A stretch of 64,000 nt of DNA. Source: an uncultured Clostridia bacterium (GTDB lineage: Bacteria > Bacillota > Clostridia > Christensenellales > Pumilibacteraceae). The notes under the pieces were generated by a model. The model was not told where the DNA came from. It did not search any database and saw only the letters and a program-made list of their open reading frames with translations. The stretch is taken from NCBI GenBank assembly GCA_947178255.1, contig CAMWXP010000002.1:17421-81420 (forward strand). The letters are read 5' to 3'. Numbering within the stretch: position 1 is the first letter of the stretch; each line of letters begins with the position of its first letter. The position numbers were made by a program, and so were the translations under genes. This document shows positions 39,854 to 49,584 of the stretch, one piece after another.

Positions 39854-41231
39854 ACTTATATATTTCTATTTCCTCGTCCACCGCCCGCCGGTTGCAAACA
39901 AAGTAAGAAATCGGTATAGTAACCGCAGCCGCGACAAACATTGTTATGCCGACGCCCGCAATAATGTATTCTACCATATTGTTATGTTCGCGGCTTTTAA
40001 CGTAATCCTCATACGTAAAATATTCCTTTCTGTACGTCGACAAATAATAAAAAGAATTCCACTGATTTTTGCTTACGCCGCGCAACGAAAACTCGCGGTC
40101 TTTATCGTTGTCTACGTAAATCGTAACTTTATCGCCTACTTTTACTTCTTTGAAAAACGAATAGTCGAACTCGTCTAAATATATTGAATCCAATCGGTAT
40201 TCCGTCGGCATATCATAAAAGCCTATTGCTATATATCTGTACTTGCCCGTTTGTTCGCGGCAATATTCGATACGTCCGGTCACGGGAGTATACTCGTCAT
40301 AGTTGGGTTCTTCGCTAAACACACCCAAAAAAGCAAACATTAACGTAGCGCCTAAAAACATAAAGCAAGCGCAAAATATACATATCATTTTGAATTTGTG
40401 TTTACTCGCGCCTTTCACCTTTTTGTTTGTGTACTTGTATTTATCGCCAAGCCAAGCGTCATCCTTGCTTAATTCGGTTTTCATATTGTTAAGACACATC
40501 AATAAACTAATCACCAAAGCAAAGGCATACAGTACACCTATGAATATAATTTGAGCAGTATAAGAACCGATAAAGTACATCAGCAACAAGAGAGCCGGCA
40601 AAAACAGTATGCTAAACACCGAAAAGTTTCTTAAAAATTTTTTTCGTCTTACGGGGTAGCTTGCTCGGTATTCACGCCCAAGCTTTTCCAAAACGGCATT
40701 TTCTTGAACGCGGGTTTCTTTTTGGTTTTCGTTTTCCGCGTTCGATTTTCTTTCATTTATAAGTCCGATCAATACTGTGATACCGTTCGTCATCGCATCG
40801 GCAAGAAACAGACGTTTATTGTATTCATCGTAAAACCCGATATACAGTTGCCCGTTGTGAATACGCCGAATGTCGTTTACGTTTATTATTTTGATTTTGA
40901 AAAACCTGCGAACGTATACCTCGTCGCCCTTGATTGCCTCGTAATCAAAATACAAATCGCAAAGCATAAGAAGACAAATAACAGCAAAGGACAAAAATAT
41001 GCCGTATATCGCCCAAAGCGAGGTTTGGTCGTTCCAAGTATAATAACCGATTATTCCCGACGCGACAAACAAAAAAGAAATGCAAAACCCTACGTGTCCG
41101 AAAATCAACAATGGCTTTGTCGCGCCCGTCGAAAAATCGAAATCGGGTCTTTTCATTTTTTTATTGCAAATATTAATCAGTAAATACAAACCCGCCAATA
41201 TCACAGTAGTAACTATAAAAGTAATCAGCAT
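39852..41231 (-). CDS. AT-rich hypothetical multi-pass membrane protein
   Basis: 459 aa ORF, about 7 TMs, GAGG RBS, visibly lower GC than flanks. Confidence 0.65.
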   Translation of the reverse strand: MLITFIVTTVILAGLYLLINICNKKMKRPDFDFSTGATKPLLIFGHVGFCISFLFVASGIIGYYTWNDQTSLWAIYGIFLSFAVICLLMLCDLYFDYEAIKGDEVYVRRFFKIKIINVNDIRRIHNGQLYIGFYDEYNKRLFLADAMTNGITVLIGLINERKSNAENENQKETRVQENAVLEKLGREYRASYPVRRKKFLRNFSVFSILFLPALLLLMYFIGSYTAQIIFIGVLYAFALVISLLMCLNNMKTELSKDDAWLGDKYKYTNKKVKGASKHKFKMICIFCACFMFLGATLMFAFLGVFSEEPNYDEYTPVTGRIEYCREQTGKYRYIAIGFYDMPTEYRLDSIYLDEFDYSFFKEVKVGDKVTIYVDNDKDREFSLRGVSKNQWNSFYYLSTYRKEYFTYEDYVKSREHNNMVEYIIAGVGITMFVAAAVTIPISYFVCNRRAVDEEIEIYK

Positions 41232-41356
41232 TGCTATAATCCTCTTACTAATATATTAACATGAGTATTTGCACCATTCAATGCCGTTTGCCGACAGTTT
41301 TTACAAGTTTTATGTAATTTTTACAAATCAAAAGAGGACGGCTTATCGCCGTCCTC

Positions 41357-41388
41357 AATTCTTAATTGTGCATTCTTATTTCTTAATT
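41357..41388. repeat. heptamer array
   Basis: overlaps last codons (IKK) and stop of gpmI; followed by GAGGACGGC/GCCGTCCTC hairpin. Confidence 0.7.
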
Positions 41389-42896
41389 ATAATGCTCTCG
41401 CCCGTCATTTCCTCGGGTTTTTGTACGCCCATAATGTCGAGCAACGTGGGGGCTACGTCGCAAAGCGCTTTGCCCTCTTTGAGCTTGGCGCCCAAATACT
41501 TGTCGCCCGCAACGACGAGCGGAACGACGTTGGTGGTGTGCGAGGTGCAAGGCGAGCCGCCCTCGAACTTCATAACTTCGGCGTTGCCGTGGTCGGCGGT
41601 AACTATTGCAGTGCCGCCGCTCTTCCAAATCGCTTCCACTACCTTTTTCAAGCACTCGTCAACGGCTTCCACAGCTTTGACTGCGGCGTTCATGACGCCG
41701 GTATGTCCTACCATGTCGCAGTTGGCAAAGTTGAGTATAAGCACGTCCTTGCCGCTTTCCACTTGCTCCACCGCTTTGTCGGCTACTTCGTATGCGCTCA
41801 TCTCCGGTTGAAGGTCGTAGGTAGCGACCTTGGGACTTGCAACAAGCACGCGCGTTTCGTTGTCGTTGGGTTTTTCCACGCCGCCGTTAAAGAAGAAGGT
41901 AACGTGCGCGTACTTTTCGGTTTCGGCAACGCGCGCCTGCGTGTAGCCCTTAGCCGCAAGGTATTCGCCGAGCGTGTTCTTTAAGTGGCGCGGCGGGAAC
42001 GCCGTAAGTATATTTTTGAGCGTAACGTCGTACTGGGTCATGCCGACGTACGTGATAGGCTTATAGCCGCCCATGCGCTCGAAGCAATCAAACTCAGGCT
42101 CGGTTATGGCGCGGGAAATTTGGCGTGCGCGGTCGGCGCGGAAGTTGTAGAATATCATGCCGTCGCCCGCGTTCAAGCCCTTGTAGTCGCCTATAACGAC
42201 GGGCTCGACAAACTCGTCCATAGTGCCTGCGGCATAGCTGGACGCTATTGCCGAATCGGCTGTGGAAAAGTGCTTGCCCGACGCGGCGAACACCGCGTTG
42301 TAGCCGCGCGCCACGCGCTCCCAACGGTTGTCCCTATCCATATAGTAATATCTGCCGACAACGGTCGCTATCGCGCCCACGCCGACCTCTTTCAATTTTT
42401 CTTCAAGCTCGCGTATGAACGCTCTGCCCGAATCGGGCGGAACGTCGCGGCCGTCGGTAATGCAATGCACGTACACCTTTTTCACGCCGCGCGCCTTGCA
42501 CAGCTCGAGCAGTGCGTAGAGGTGTGTGTTCATGCTGTGAACGCCGCCGTTGCTCAAAAGTCCGACCAAGTGCAGCGCCGCGCCGTCCTTGGCGTTGACC
42601 GCGTCGATAACCGCATTGAACGCAGAGTTCTTGCCGAACGAGCCGTTTTTGATGGCGTCGTCGATTGTGGTGATATCCTGGTACACAACCCGACCTGCGC
42701 CGAGGTTGAGGTGACCGACCTCGCTGTTGCCCATCTGCCCTTCCGGCAAGCCAACGGCGTAACCCGACGCGTTGATATACGTGAGCGGGTACTTATTCAT
42801 GAGCATATCGATAAACGGCTTTTTAGCCTTTTTTACCGCGTTGCCGTAGTCGTCGGGGTTGTAGCCGAATCCGTCGAGAATAATAAGTGCGTTCAT
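41376..42896 (-). CDS. gpmI: 2,3-bisphosphoglycerate-independent phosphoglycerate mutase
   Basis: ILDGFG, QMGNSEVGH, NFRADRA, ETEKYAHVT, DMVGHTG, TADHGN. Confidence 0.97.
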   Translation of the reverse strand: MNALIILDGFGYNPDDYGNAVKKAKKPFIDMLMNKYPLTYINASGYAVGLPEGQMGNSEVGHLNLGAGRVVYQDITTIDDAIKNGSFGKNSAFNAVIDAVNAKDGAALHLVGLLSNGGVHSMNTHLYALLELCKARGVKKVYVHCITDGRDVPPDSGRAFIRELEEKLKEVGVGAIATVVGRYYYMDRDNRWERVARGYNAVFAASGKHFSTADSAIASSYAAGTMDEFVEPVVIGDYKGLNAGDGMIFYNFRADRARQISRAITEPEFDCFERMGGYKPITYVGMTQYDVTLKNILTAFPPRHLKNTLGEYLAAKGYTQARVAETEKYAHVTFFFNGGVEKPNDNETRVLVASPKVATYDLQPEMSAYEVADKAVEQVESGKDVLILNFANCDMVGHTGVMNAAVKAVEAVDECLKKVVEAIWKSGGTAIVTADHGNAEVMKFEGGSPCTSHTTNVVPLVVAGDKYLGAKLKEGKALCDVAPTLLDIMGVQKPEEMTGESIIIKK

Positions 42897-42939
42897 TATT
42901 TTAACCTCTTGGTAAATTACAAAGTTTATATATTATATA

Positions 42940-43692
42940 TTATTTTGCAGCATTGACGATATATGCGAAATCGTCCGGTTTTAAGCTTGCGCCGCCTATA
43001 AGTCCGCCGTCGATTTGGTCTTGCGCCATAAGTCCGTCGACGTTCTTTGCGTTCATGCTGCCGCCGTACTGGATGCGCATGCCGTCGGCGATTTTCGCGC
43101 CGTACAGCTCTTTAACGACCGAGCGGATATAGCCGATAGTCTCGTTAGCCTGCTCGTCGGTAGCCGTCTTGCCCGTGCCGATAGCCCAAACGGGTTCGTA
43201 CGCTATTACGACCTTTGCGGCGTCCTCGGCGGTTATTCCCTCGAATGCGCCCACAACCTGCGTGCGGCACACAGTTTCGGTCTTGCCGCCCTCACGCTCT
43301 GCGAGCATTTCGCCCACACACACGATAGGGTTAAATCCGTTTTTAAGCGCCTGAACAAGCCTTGCGTTGACCGTCTTGTCCGTTTCGCCGAAGTACTGGC
43401 GGCGTTCGCTGTGACCGATAATAACGTAGGTCGCGCCAGCTTCATTTAACATCGCCGCGGAAATCTCGCCGGTAAACGCGCCGTTGTCCGCCCACGCAAT
43501 ATTCTGCGCACCGACAGCAATGTTGGTGCCTTTGGTAAGCTCGGCGGCAAGCGCGATATCGGTAAACGGCACGCACACCACCACGTCGCATTTGGCGTCC
43601 TTTACTTTGGGCGCAAGCGCGGTTATAAGCTCGCGGCACTCCGCCGCCGTCTTGTTCATTTTCCAGTTTCCCGCAATGATGGGTTTTCTCAT
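42940..43692 (-). CDS. tpiA: triosephosphate isomerase
   Basis: IAGNWKMN, GHSERR, AYEPVWAIGTG, YGGS. Confidence 0.97.
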   Translation of the reverse strand: MRKPIIAGNWKMNKTAAECRELITALAPKVKDAKCDVVVCVPFTDIALAAELTKGTNIAVGAQNIAWADNGAFTGEISAAMLNEAGATYVIIGHSERRQYFGETDKTVNARLVQALKNGFNPIVCVGEMLAEREGGKTETVCRTQVVGAFEGITAEDAAKVVIAYEPVWAIGTGKTATDEQANETIGYIRSVVKELYGAKIADGMRIQYGGSMNAKNVDGLMAQDQIDGGLIGGASLKPDDFAYIVNAAK

Positions 43693-43811
43693 AATATCTC
43701 CTTTTTGATAAAATGAATTGTTATTTGTTCTTAATGTTCGGCGTACCGCCGAACATATCACGCGCCAAGGCGCATATCACAACCGCGATAGCGGTTATTT
43801 AACAAATTCGT

Positions 43812-44540
43812 TTACGAATTTATATCGTCGTGCGCTATACGCGCATATATTCCGAGCGCCGCCGCCACCGAAGCGTTGAGCGAATTTATCTTGCCGCGCA
43901 ACGGTAATGACAGTACGCCGTCGCAAAGCTGTTTTGTGAGCTTCGATACGCCCTTACCTTCCGCGCCTACAACCAGTGCTACCGCGCCCGATAGATTAGC
44001 TTTGTAAATGTCCTCACCGCCCATGTCGAGTGCGTACACCCACACGCCGCGGTCTTTAATCTCGCGTATGGCGTCGTTTACGTTTACCACCCGCGCGACC
44101 TTAACGTATTCCGCCGCGCCCTCCGCCACCTTGATTACGGTGTCGGTTACGGCTACCTGCCTGTTCTTGCCGATTATTACGCCGTGAACGCCGCCGCACT
44201 CGCACGACCGAAGTATGCTGCCGAGGTTGTGCGGATCCTCTATGCCGTCGGGAATTACGATAAACGGCTGCTCGTTTCGGCTTTCGGCTAGCGCAAAAAT
44301 GTCGTCGATATCGCAGTATCGGAAGTCGGACGCGTAGCCGATACAGCCTTGATGAACGGCGCCCTCCGCCGCCCTGTCCAAGCTCTTTTTGTCGCAAAAC
44401 CGATAGGGCACGCCCGCGCGTTTGGCGAGCGTAACTATTTCGGTGGTGCGCTCGTCCGCGCTTTCCCTAAGCTCTATGCGGATGAATCCGCCGCCGCTTT
44501 TAAGCCGTTCTATAACGGCGTTTTTGCCGAAAATTTTAAT
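43812..44540 (-). CDS. rlmB: 23S rRNA (G2251) 2'-O-methyltransferase; apparent ATT start
   Basis: HQG, DPHNLGSILRS, GAEGKG, SLNAS; open frame IKIFGKNAVIE begins 2 codons after an in-frame TAG, first ATG/GTG only at codon 44. Confidence 0.88.
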   Translation of the reverse strand: MKIFGKNAVIERLKSGGGFIRIELRESADERTTEIVTLAKRAGVPYRFCDKKSLDRAAEGAVHQGCIGYASDFRYCDIDDIFALAESRNEQPFIVIPDGIEDPHNLGSILRSCECGGVHGVIIGKNRQVAVTDTVIKVAEGAAEYVKVARVVNVNDAIREIKDRGVWVYALDMGGEDIYKANLSGAVALVVGAEGKGVSKLTKQLCDGVLSLPLRGKINSLNASVAAALGIYARIAHDDINS

Positions 44541-44553
44541 ATGCTACCGCCGT

Positions 44554-45294
44554 TTATTTGTTGTCTGTGTTTATGCTTTTCAGCATTTCGCTGTGTTGCT
44601 TTTTCACTTCCGCCGCCCTGCCGCACGACTTGGCGCCTTCCGGACAGCCGCCGTTGACGCAGCCCGGGCCGCAATGACTGAAAAGATTGGGCGCAACCTT
44701 GATAGCCTCCTCCAGCATCATCCATGCCACGGCGCGAATTTCCCACTGCGCACGGTTGCAGCAGCGCAGCTCGAAAAAGTGCATAAGCTCGCGCGCGTTC
44801 ATCGTAACTATCATTTTTGTTTCGCAAGCGTTGGGGAGAACGAACCGCGCGTCCTCGTTGGACGATTCGCCGTGACCGAGCGCGCTTTGCCAGTCGCGGT
44901 ACCAGTTCATCATGGTAGCCATTTGTCCCTCGTACCGCGCGACCGCCGCCGCGCCCATAGCCTCTATCGCGGGCGGTATAATATAGTTAAACGCGCTTTC
45001 CGACACGTAACGCTGTGAACGCACCGAAAACGACGCTATCCTGTGCCGCGTGATTTGCGCCAAAAACGCGCGCGACACGCCCTCTATCGAAAACGTGAAC
45101 GACGCATGCTCTACCGGCGACAAGTGTCCCATGTCCATAAGACGGGCTATGAACTTGCTGTTGTCCTTGGCCATGATGTTTTCCGTCAAATCGTCCAGCT
45201 CTTTGTCGGAATAGCAAAGCCTTGCGGCAAGCGCGACCGTCGCTTCGGGATCGGCTGTGTAGCGTATCAATTTGACCTTGGGTTTGACTTGCAT
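44554..45294 (-). CDS. thyX: FAD-dependent thymidylate synthase
   Basis: GHLSPVEH, RHRIASFSVRSQRY, EDARFVLP, AQWEIR. Confidence 0.96.
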   Translation of the reverse strand: MQVKPKVKLIRYTADPEATVALAARLCYSDKELDDLTENIMAKDNSKFIARLMDMGHLSPVEHASFTFSIEGVSRAFLAQITRHRIASFSVRSQRYVSESAFNYIIPPAIEAMGAAAVARYEGQMATMMNWYRDWQSALGHGESSNEDARFVLPNACETKMIVTMNARELMHFFELRCCNRAQWEIRAVAWMMLEEAIKVAPNLFSHCGPGCVNGGCPEGAKSCGRAAEVKKQHSEMLKSINTDNK

Positions 45295-45344
45295 GATCGT
45301 TCCTTATTAGTGTATTGCTTATTTAGCAACAAAAGTCTATTATT

Positions 45345-45752
45345 TCACGGCTTTACCGTTACTCTTAAACCTATATCGACGCATTGCCGAAGCAGCTCGC
45401 GCTCGCGCTCCCCGTCGCCCGACATGTGCACGTACCCGATAACCGCCTCTAACGCCGTAGCTTTGTGGTAATCGTCGGGCGAAGCCGTTTTGGCGCGGGA
45501 ATGTAGGTGCGCGTTTTTGGCTCGCCGCGCTATGTCCGCTTCGCCCGCGGTGAGCGCATTAGCCTTGATAAGCTCGTCCAGCACTGCGGCTTGACACTTG
45601 GCATTGACCAGTCGCGACGCCGCGGTGTGTAGCGTTCCCACAACGCCGTCGCTCGCCGCCGTAACGTATTCCCTGACGTACAGCGTATGAACCGCGTCGC
45701 CTATAAACGCCAGCCCGACGGGCGTCAGCCTTTGCACAGTCGTGTTTTCCAC
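45345..45752 (-). CDS. mrnC: Mini-ribonuclease III
   Basis: LAFIGDAV, YHKATALEAVIGY; GTG start 6 nt after -10 box. Confidence 0.88.
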   Translation of the reverse strand: MENTTVQRLTPVGLAFIGDAVHTLYVREYVTAASDGVVGTLHTAASRLVNAKCQAAVLDELIKANALTAGEADIARRAKNAHLHSRAKTASPDDYHKATALEAVIGYVHMSGDGERERELLRQCVDIGLRVTVKP

Positions 45753-45925
45753 ATAATCATTATACATTTTGTCGAAAAAGAAGTCAAACATTTTAGTATG
45801 AGTGTGCTCCTTTTGTGTTCGGCAAATTGCCCGACAAGAAATTGAGTATTAAGTCGAAAAAATACTTGAATTATGACTTTTGACATGATATAATGTATAT
45901 AGTAATCAATAGCACGAGGAATAGA

Positions 45926-46543
45926 ATGACTAAAACCGTTTCTTTTAAATGCGCCAAATGCGAAAAGACCCACACCTTTACGATAGGCGCGCAGGACATG
46001 CCGATGCTGCAAGACGCAATGGCAAAGATGCCCGAGCGCGACGCGGATAAGCTGTTGGAAGCAGTAAACCGCATGCTTATGAACAAAAACGAGGCGCAGC
46101 GTACGGCGTTCATGATGAACAACGCCGACGCAATGTCTATGATAAACTACGACGTGTGTGCCCAGTCCATAAACCTGTTCGACGCGGAAGATATCCGCAC
46201 CATTTACGGCAAGTACACGCAGGATCAAATAGACAGACTTAACAAGAGCATGGGACTGTGGGCAGCCGCGCAAATGTCCGAAGGCTTTATGGCGTTCAAC
46301 TGCATATTCTATTGCAGAAAGTGCAAAAAACTCACTCAGGGCATGTTCTTAAAGGTTCGCTCGGTGGAAGACAAAAAAGAACGCACCTTCCTTTACACCC
46401 CTAAATGCCCCAACTGCAACAGCGAGCTCGCTTTGGTAAACGACGCGAATATGGGCTATATGTTCGACGGGCTCACCGCCCGCGCGCCCTGCCCCGACTG
46501 CGGTGGCAAAATATCCGTAGTTGACGTCCGCTTCAAACCGTAA
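45926..46543 (+). CDS. hypothetical protein with four CxxC motifs (putative zinc ribbons)
   Basis: CAKC, CRKC, CPNC, CPDC; GAGGA RBS; own terminator. Confidence 0.7.
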   Translation: MTKTVSFKCAKCEKTHTFTIGAQDMPMLQDAMAKMPERDADKLLEAVNRMLMNKNEAQRTAFMMNNADAMSMINYDVCAQSINLFDAEDIRTIYGKYTQDQIDRLNKSMGLWAAAQMSEGFMAFNCIFYCRKCKKLTQGMFLKVRSVEDKKERTFLYTPKCPNCNSELALVNDANMGYMFDGLTARAPCPDCGGKISVVDVRFKP

Positions 46544-46556
46544 AAAATCGAAACTC

Positions 46557-46589
46557 AAAACGGCGCATACAATATGCGCCGTTTTTTTT
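46557..46589. terminator. bidirectional terminator
   Basis: AAAACGGCGCATA-CAA-TATGCGCCGTTTT. Confidence 0.8.
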
Positions 46590-46604
46590 GTGCTTAATCT
46601 TTTT

Positions 46605-47204
46605 CTATTCAACAATATCCGCGTTTTGCAAAATAAACTCCCGCGTATATACCTTTGGCAAATCGGAATCGCGCAGCCTTGCCCAAAACAAGCTCGCCGC
46701 TTTGAACCTATCCGCAAAGCGCGCGGTGTAGTCGTCGGCGCAAAAATCATGCAAAAATTTGTTCCACTGGCAGCTTGACTTGTCGTACTCGGCGTACTTT
46801 CTTTTGCCGAGCTTGACATCCAACAGGTCGCCCAACGTAAAATTGCCGTCGCCGTTTTGCTTGACCGCCTTTGCAGTGGCGACGGTGTCGGCGGTGAATT
46901 TAAAGTTTTTGTCGCCCGTCACCCGGATATAAAAATCCCGAAACTTGGGACCGAACGAAAAGCCGCAAGCGATAAGCGGAGTATCTAAAGTCAGCTCGCA
47001 AGCAACAGGCTTAATACGCGCTTTGGGTTTGTGCAAAATGCGCTCGCCGTCGAAGTATGCGCGTATAATTTCGTTAAGCTCGCTTTTGCCGCCGACGTAT
47101 TCCAGCCCAAGACTTTTGCATATCGCTACCAGCTCGTCACGATACCAATAGTACTTGCAAAACTCGGCGTACGATTTTATTTGCGTGAAATTCGGTCGTT
47201 CCAT
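46605..47204 (-). CDS. SAP-domain-containing protein
   Basis: YYWYRDELVAICKSLGL...GGKSELNEII SAP-like helix pair; CQWNKFLHDF. Confidence 0.7.
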   Translation of the reverse strand: MERPNFTQIKSYAEFCKYYWYRDELVAICKSLGLEYVGGKSELNEIIRAYFDGERILHKPKARIKPVACELTLDTPLIACGFSFGPKFRDFYIRVTGDKNFKFTADTVATAKAVKQNGDGNFTLGDLLDVKLGKRKYAEYDKSSCQWNKFLHDFCADDYTARFADRFKAASLFWARLRDSDLPKVYTREFILQNADIVE

Positions 47205-47256
47205 ATACTTATTATACCACAGCTACCACGATTGTGCAAATCCTAATTTAAGGCAA

Positions 47257-47284
47257 AACAAAACCGCCGTACGGCGGTTTTGTT
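47257..47284 (-). terminator. terminator
   Basis: AACAAAACCGCCG-TA-CGGCGGTTTTGTT. Confidence 0.7.
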
Positions 47285-47296
47285 GAAATATCTATT

Positions 47297-47779
47297 TTAT
47301 ATTGCGGCTAAAATGGCAATGGCTATTCCGTAGCAAATTGCGATTGTAATAGCAAGGCTGCCGAACGCAATAAGCAATTTGAGCCAAATGGGTTTTACGC
47401 TCTTCATACCCCAAAGCCCAAGTACGCTGAACAAGCCGCTTATACCGCCGCCTATCGCGCCGCCAACTATGGGAATAATCCTGCACAGTGCGGTTACGTT
47501 GCCCCATATCATTACAAACAAAAACGGCAATATACACAGCGCAATCTCGTACCATTTTACTCGCGGTGTCAACGCTATGTTTTCACCTTTAATGTTGAGG
47601 TTGGCACCCTGTAAAAATCCGCCGTTGACGGTAACGGTAGTACCGTCCTGCATTTTGAATTCCTTTTTGGAAAGCTTTTCAAGCTGCGCACCGCCGATCG
47701 ACACCGACTTTTTACCCGTCCAAGCGCCTTCGTCGTAAACGATTTCGCCGTACGTTTCGTGTTGAATGACTGTCTTCAT
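47297..47779 (-). CDS. small membrane protein (soluble N-domain plus 3 TMs)
   Basis: AGGAG RBS; GGAIGGGISG helix. Confidence 0.65.
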   Translation of the reverse strand: MKTVIQHETYGEIVYDEGAWTGKKSVSIGGAQLEKLSKKEFKMQDGTTVTVNGGFLQGANLNIKGENIALTPRVKWYEIALCILPFLFVMIWGNVTALCRIIPIVGGAIGGGISGLFSVLGLWGMKSVKPIWLKLLIAFGSLAITIAICYGIAIAILAAI

Positions 47780-47793
47780 GACTATCTCCTTTT

Positions 47794-47841
47794 GATACAT
47801 TTACTGTATCTGTACACAATTCATTATACATAAACTGTATA
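47794..47841. promoter_or_regulatory. two palindromic operators NATACA-N5-TGTATN
   Basis: GATACA-TTTAC-TGTATC (47794-47810) and TATACA-TAAAC-TGTATA (47825-47841) between divergent genes. Confidence 0.65.
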
Positions 47842-47869
47842 ATATTGTCAAATAATTTTAGGTAATATT

Positions 47870-48091
47870 ATGCAAAAAAATTTGAAAAATGACGTTGGAA
47901 TCAGATTAAAAGAGCGGCGGCAACAGTTGAACATGACTCAACGGGACGTAGCCAAAGCGATAGGCGTTGCTCAACCGGTTTACCAACGTTTTGAAAAAGG
48001 CATTTTCGAGTGTAACTATTCGCAGTTGTTTGCATTGTGCAAGCTGTTCGATATTTCCGCCGACTACCTACTGGGTCTGACGGACTATTAG
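47870..48091 (+). CDS. XRE-family HTH regulator
   Basis: LKERRQQLNMTQRDVAKAIGV...ISADYLLG. Confidence 0.88.
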   Translation: MQKNLKNDVGIRLKERRQQLNMTQRDVAKAIGVAQPVYQRFEKGIFECNYSQLFALCKLFDISADYLLGLTDY

Positions 48092-48171
48092 AATTATATA
48101 CCACGCGCTGACAACAGTCAATACCTTTTATAAAAAATGTTATAGCTTTACATAGTTAAATACTATTTTTT

Positions 48172-49572
48172 TTAGTTTGTATCGATTATTATTTTTATCT
48201 TTTTATTATATGCCGTTACGCATATCAATACAGAAACAGCCGCCGTGCAAATTTCGGATATGGGAAACGCCCACCACACATACGATTGCGGAGTTTGCGT
48301 CAGCGTAAACAGCCACACCACCGGCAACACGATAACCGCAAGACGCAGCGCGGAAATAATCAACGGGCTTACCGCATAGCGCAATGCTTGCAAAACACCT
48401 TGAACCGAGATACTGATTGCCATGAACAAATAACCTATACTTGCAATTCGGATAGCCGTTATTACTACTTTGGTAATGTCGCTTCCGCTTTCGCCGCTTG
48501 CCATACCGAAAAGATTTGCAAGAGGTCCCGCAAGGCTTTCAAAAAGCACAGTTATCACAAGCGCAACTATGGCTGTATCTATTAATCCCCATTTTATACA
48601 GTCCATCGAGCGCTGCTTGTTACCCATACCGTAATTATAAGAAAGCACGGAAATTATAGTATTGGACAATCCAAAACAAGCAAATAATGCGAATTGCATG
48701 ATTTTATAATATATGCCGAAGCTGCCTTGCAAAAGAGTGGCATTGTATTTCGCTGTGCCCAATATTAGATTTACGCCAAGCATCATTACAGACAAAAGCC
48801 CTTGCATTAACGCGGCCGATAATCCGATATGATAGATTTCTTTTATTATTTTTCCGCTCGGTCTAATATTTTTTACGTTGTTTCTGATTTCCCTATTTGT
48901 GCAGTAATGGAAAAGCATAGCAATAGCAAGCGATAAGATTTGACCTATTACCGTCGCCCACGCCGCGCCGGCAACCCCCATATTTAACGGATATATAAAT
49001 ACGTAATCGAGAACAATATTCGCTACTGCGCCTGCAATTTGGGAAAGCGTTGAATATAGCGTTCTGCCCGTGCTTTGTAAAAAACGCTCGTATATAGTAA
49101 ACCCGATTGCGCCGAACGATAAAATACAACATATGCTTAAATACTCGCCGCCCATTTGCGCAACAAGTCCGTTGCCTTTTGACTGGAACGCAATAAACGG
49201 TTTTGCGCCAAATAGACCGAATAGCAAAAATACCGCGTATATACAAATGCCCAAAAATATTCCGTTGCCTACGACCCTGTCTGATTTTTCTTTATTATTC
49301 TCCCCCAAGGATTTGGACAAAAGCGCGTTTATCCCAACGCCTGTGCCTACTCCGATTGCAATAATCAAAAGCTGTATCGGGAACGCGTATGTAAGAGCAA
49401 GATTGCCGGCAACGCCGTCCTCGCCCATGTTAATAACAAATGCAGTATCGACTATATTGTAAACGGCTTGCAAAATCATAGAAACAATCATGGGCAAACC
49501 CATCTTCCAAATCAGCTTGCCAATCGGCGCTACTGCCATCTTGTTTTGCGGTTCGGCAATTTCTTGTTGCAT
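48172..49572 (-). CDS. MATE family efflux transporter
   Basis: PMIVSMILQAVYNIVDTAF, NIVLDYVFI, GVAGAAWAT; AAAGGAG RBS; AT-rich. Confidence 0.92.
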   Translation of the reverse strand: MQQEIAEPQNKMAVAPIGKLIWKMGLPMIVSMILQAVYNIVDTAFVINMGEDGVAGNLALTYAFPIQLLIIAIGVGTGVGINALLSKSLGENNKEKSDRVVGNGIFLGICIYAVFLLFGLFGAKPFIAFQSKGNGLVAQMGGEYLSICCILSFGAIGFTIYERFLQSTGRTLYSTLSQIAGAVANIVLDYVFIYPLNMGVAGAAWATVIGQILSLAIAMLFHYCTNREIRNNVKNIRPSGKIIKEIYHIGLSAALMQGLLSVMMLGVNLILGTAKYNATLLQGSFGIYYKIMQFALFACFGLSNTIISVLSYNYGMGNKQRSMDCIKWGLIDTAIVALVITVLFESLAGPLANLFGMASGESGSDITKVVITAIRIASIGYLFMAISISVQGVLQALRYAVSPLIISALRLAVIVLPVVWLFTLTQTPQSYVWWAFPISEICTAAVSVLICVTAYNKKIKIIIDTN

Positions 49573-49584
49573 AACTCTCCTTTC

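Noticed and set aside
43812-44540. rlmB as a truncated pseudogene
   Set aside because: Conserved N-terminus is intact in frame from the ATT codon; all catalytic motifs present
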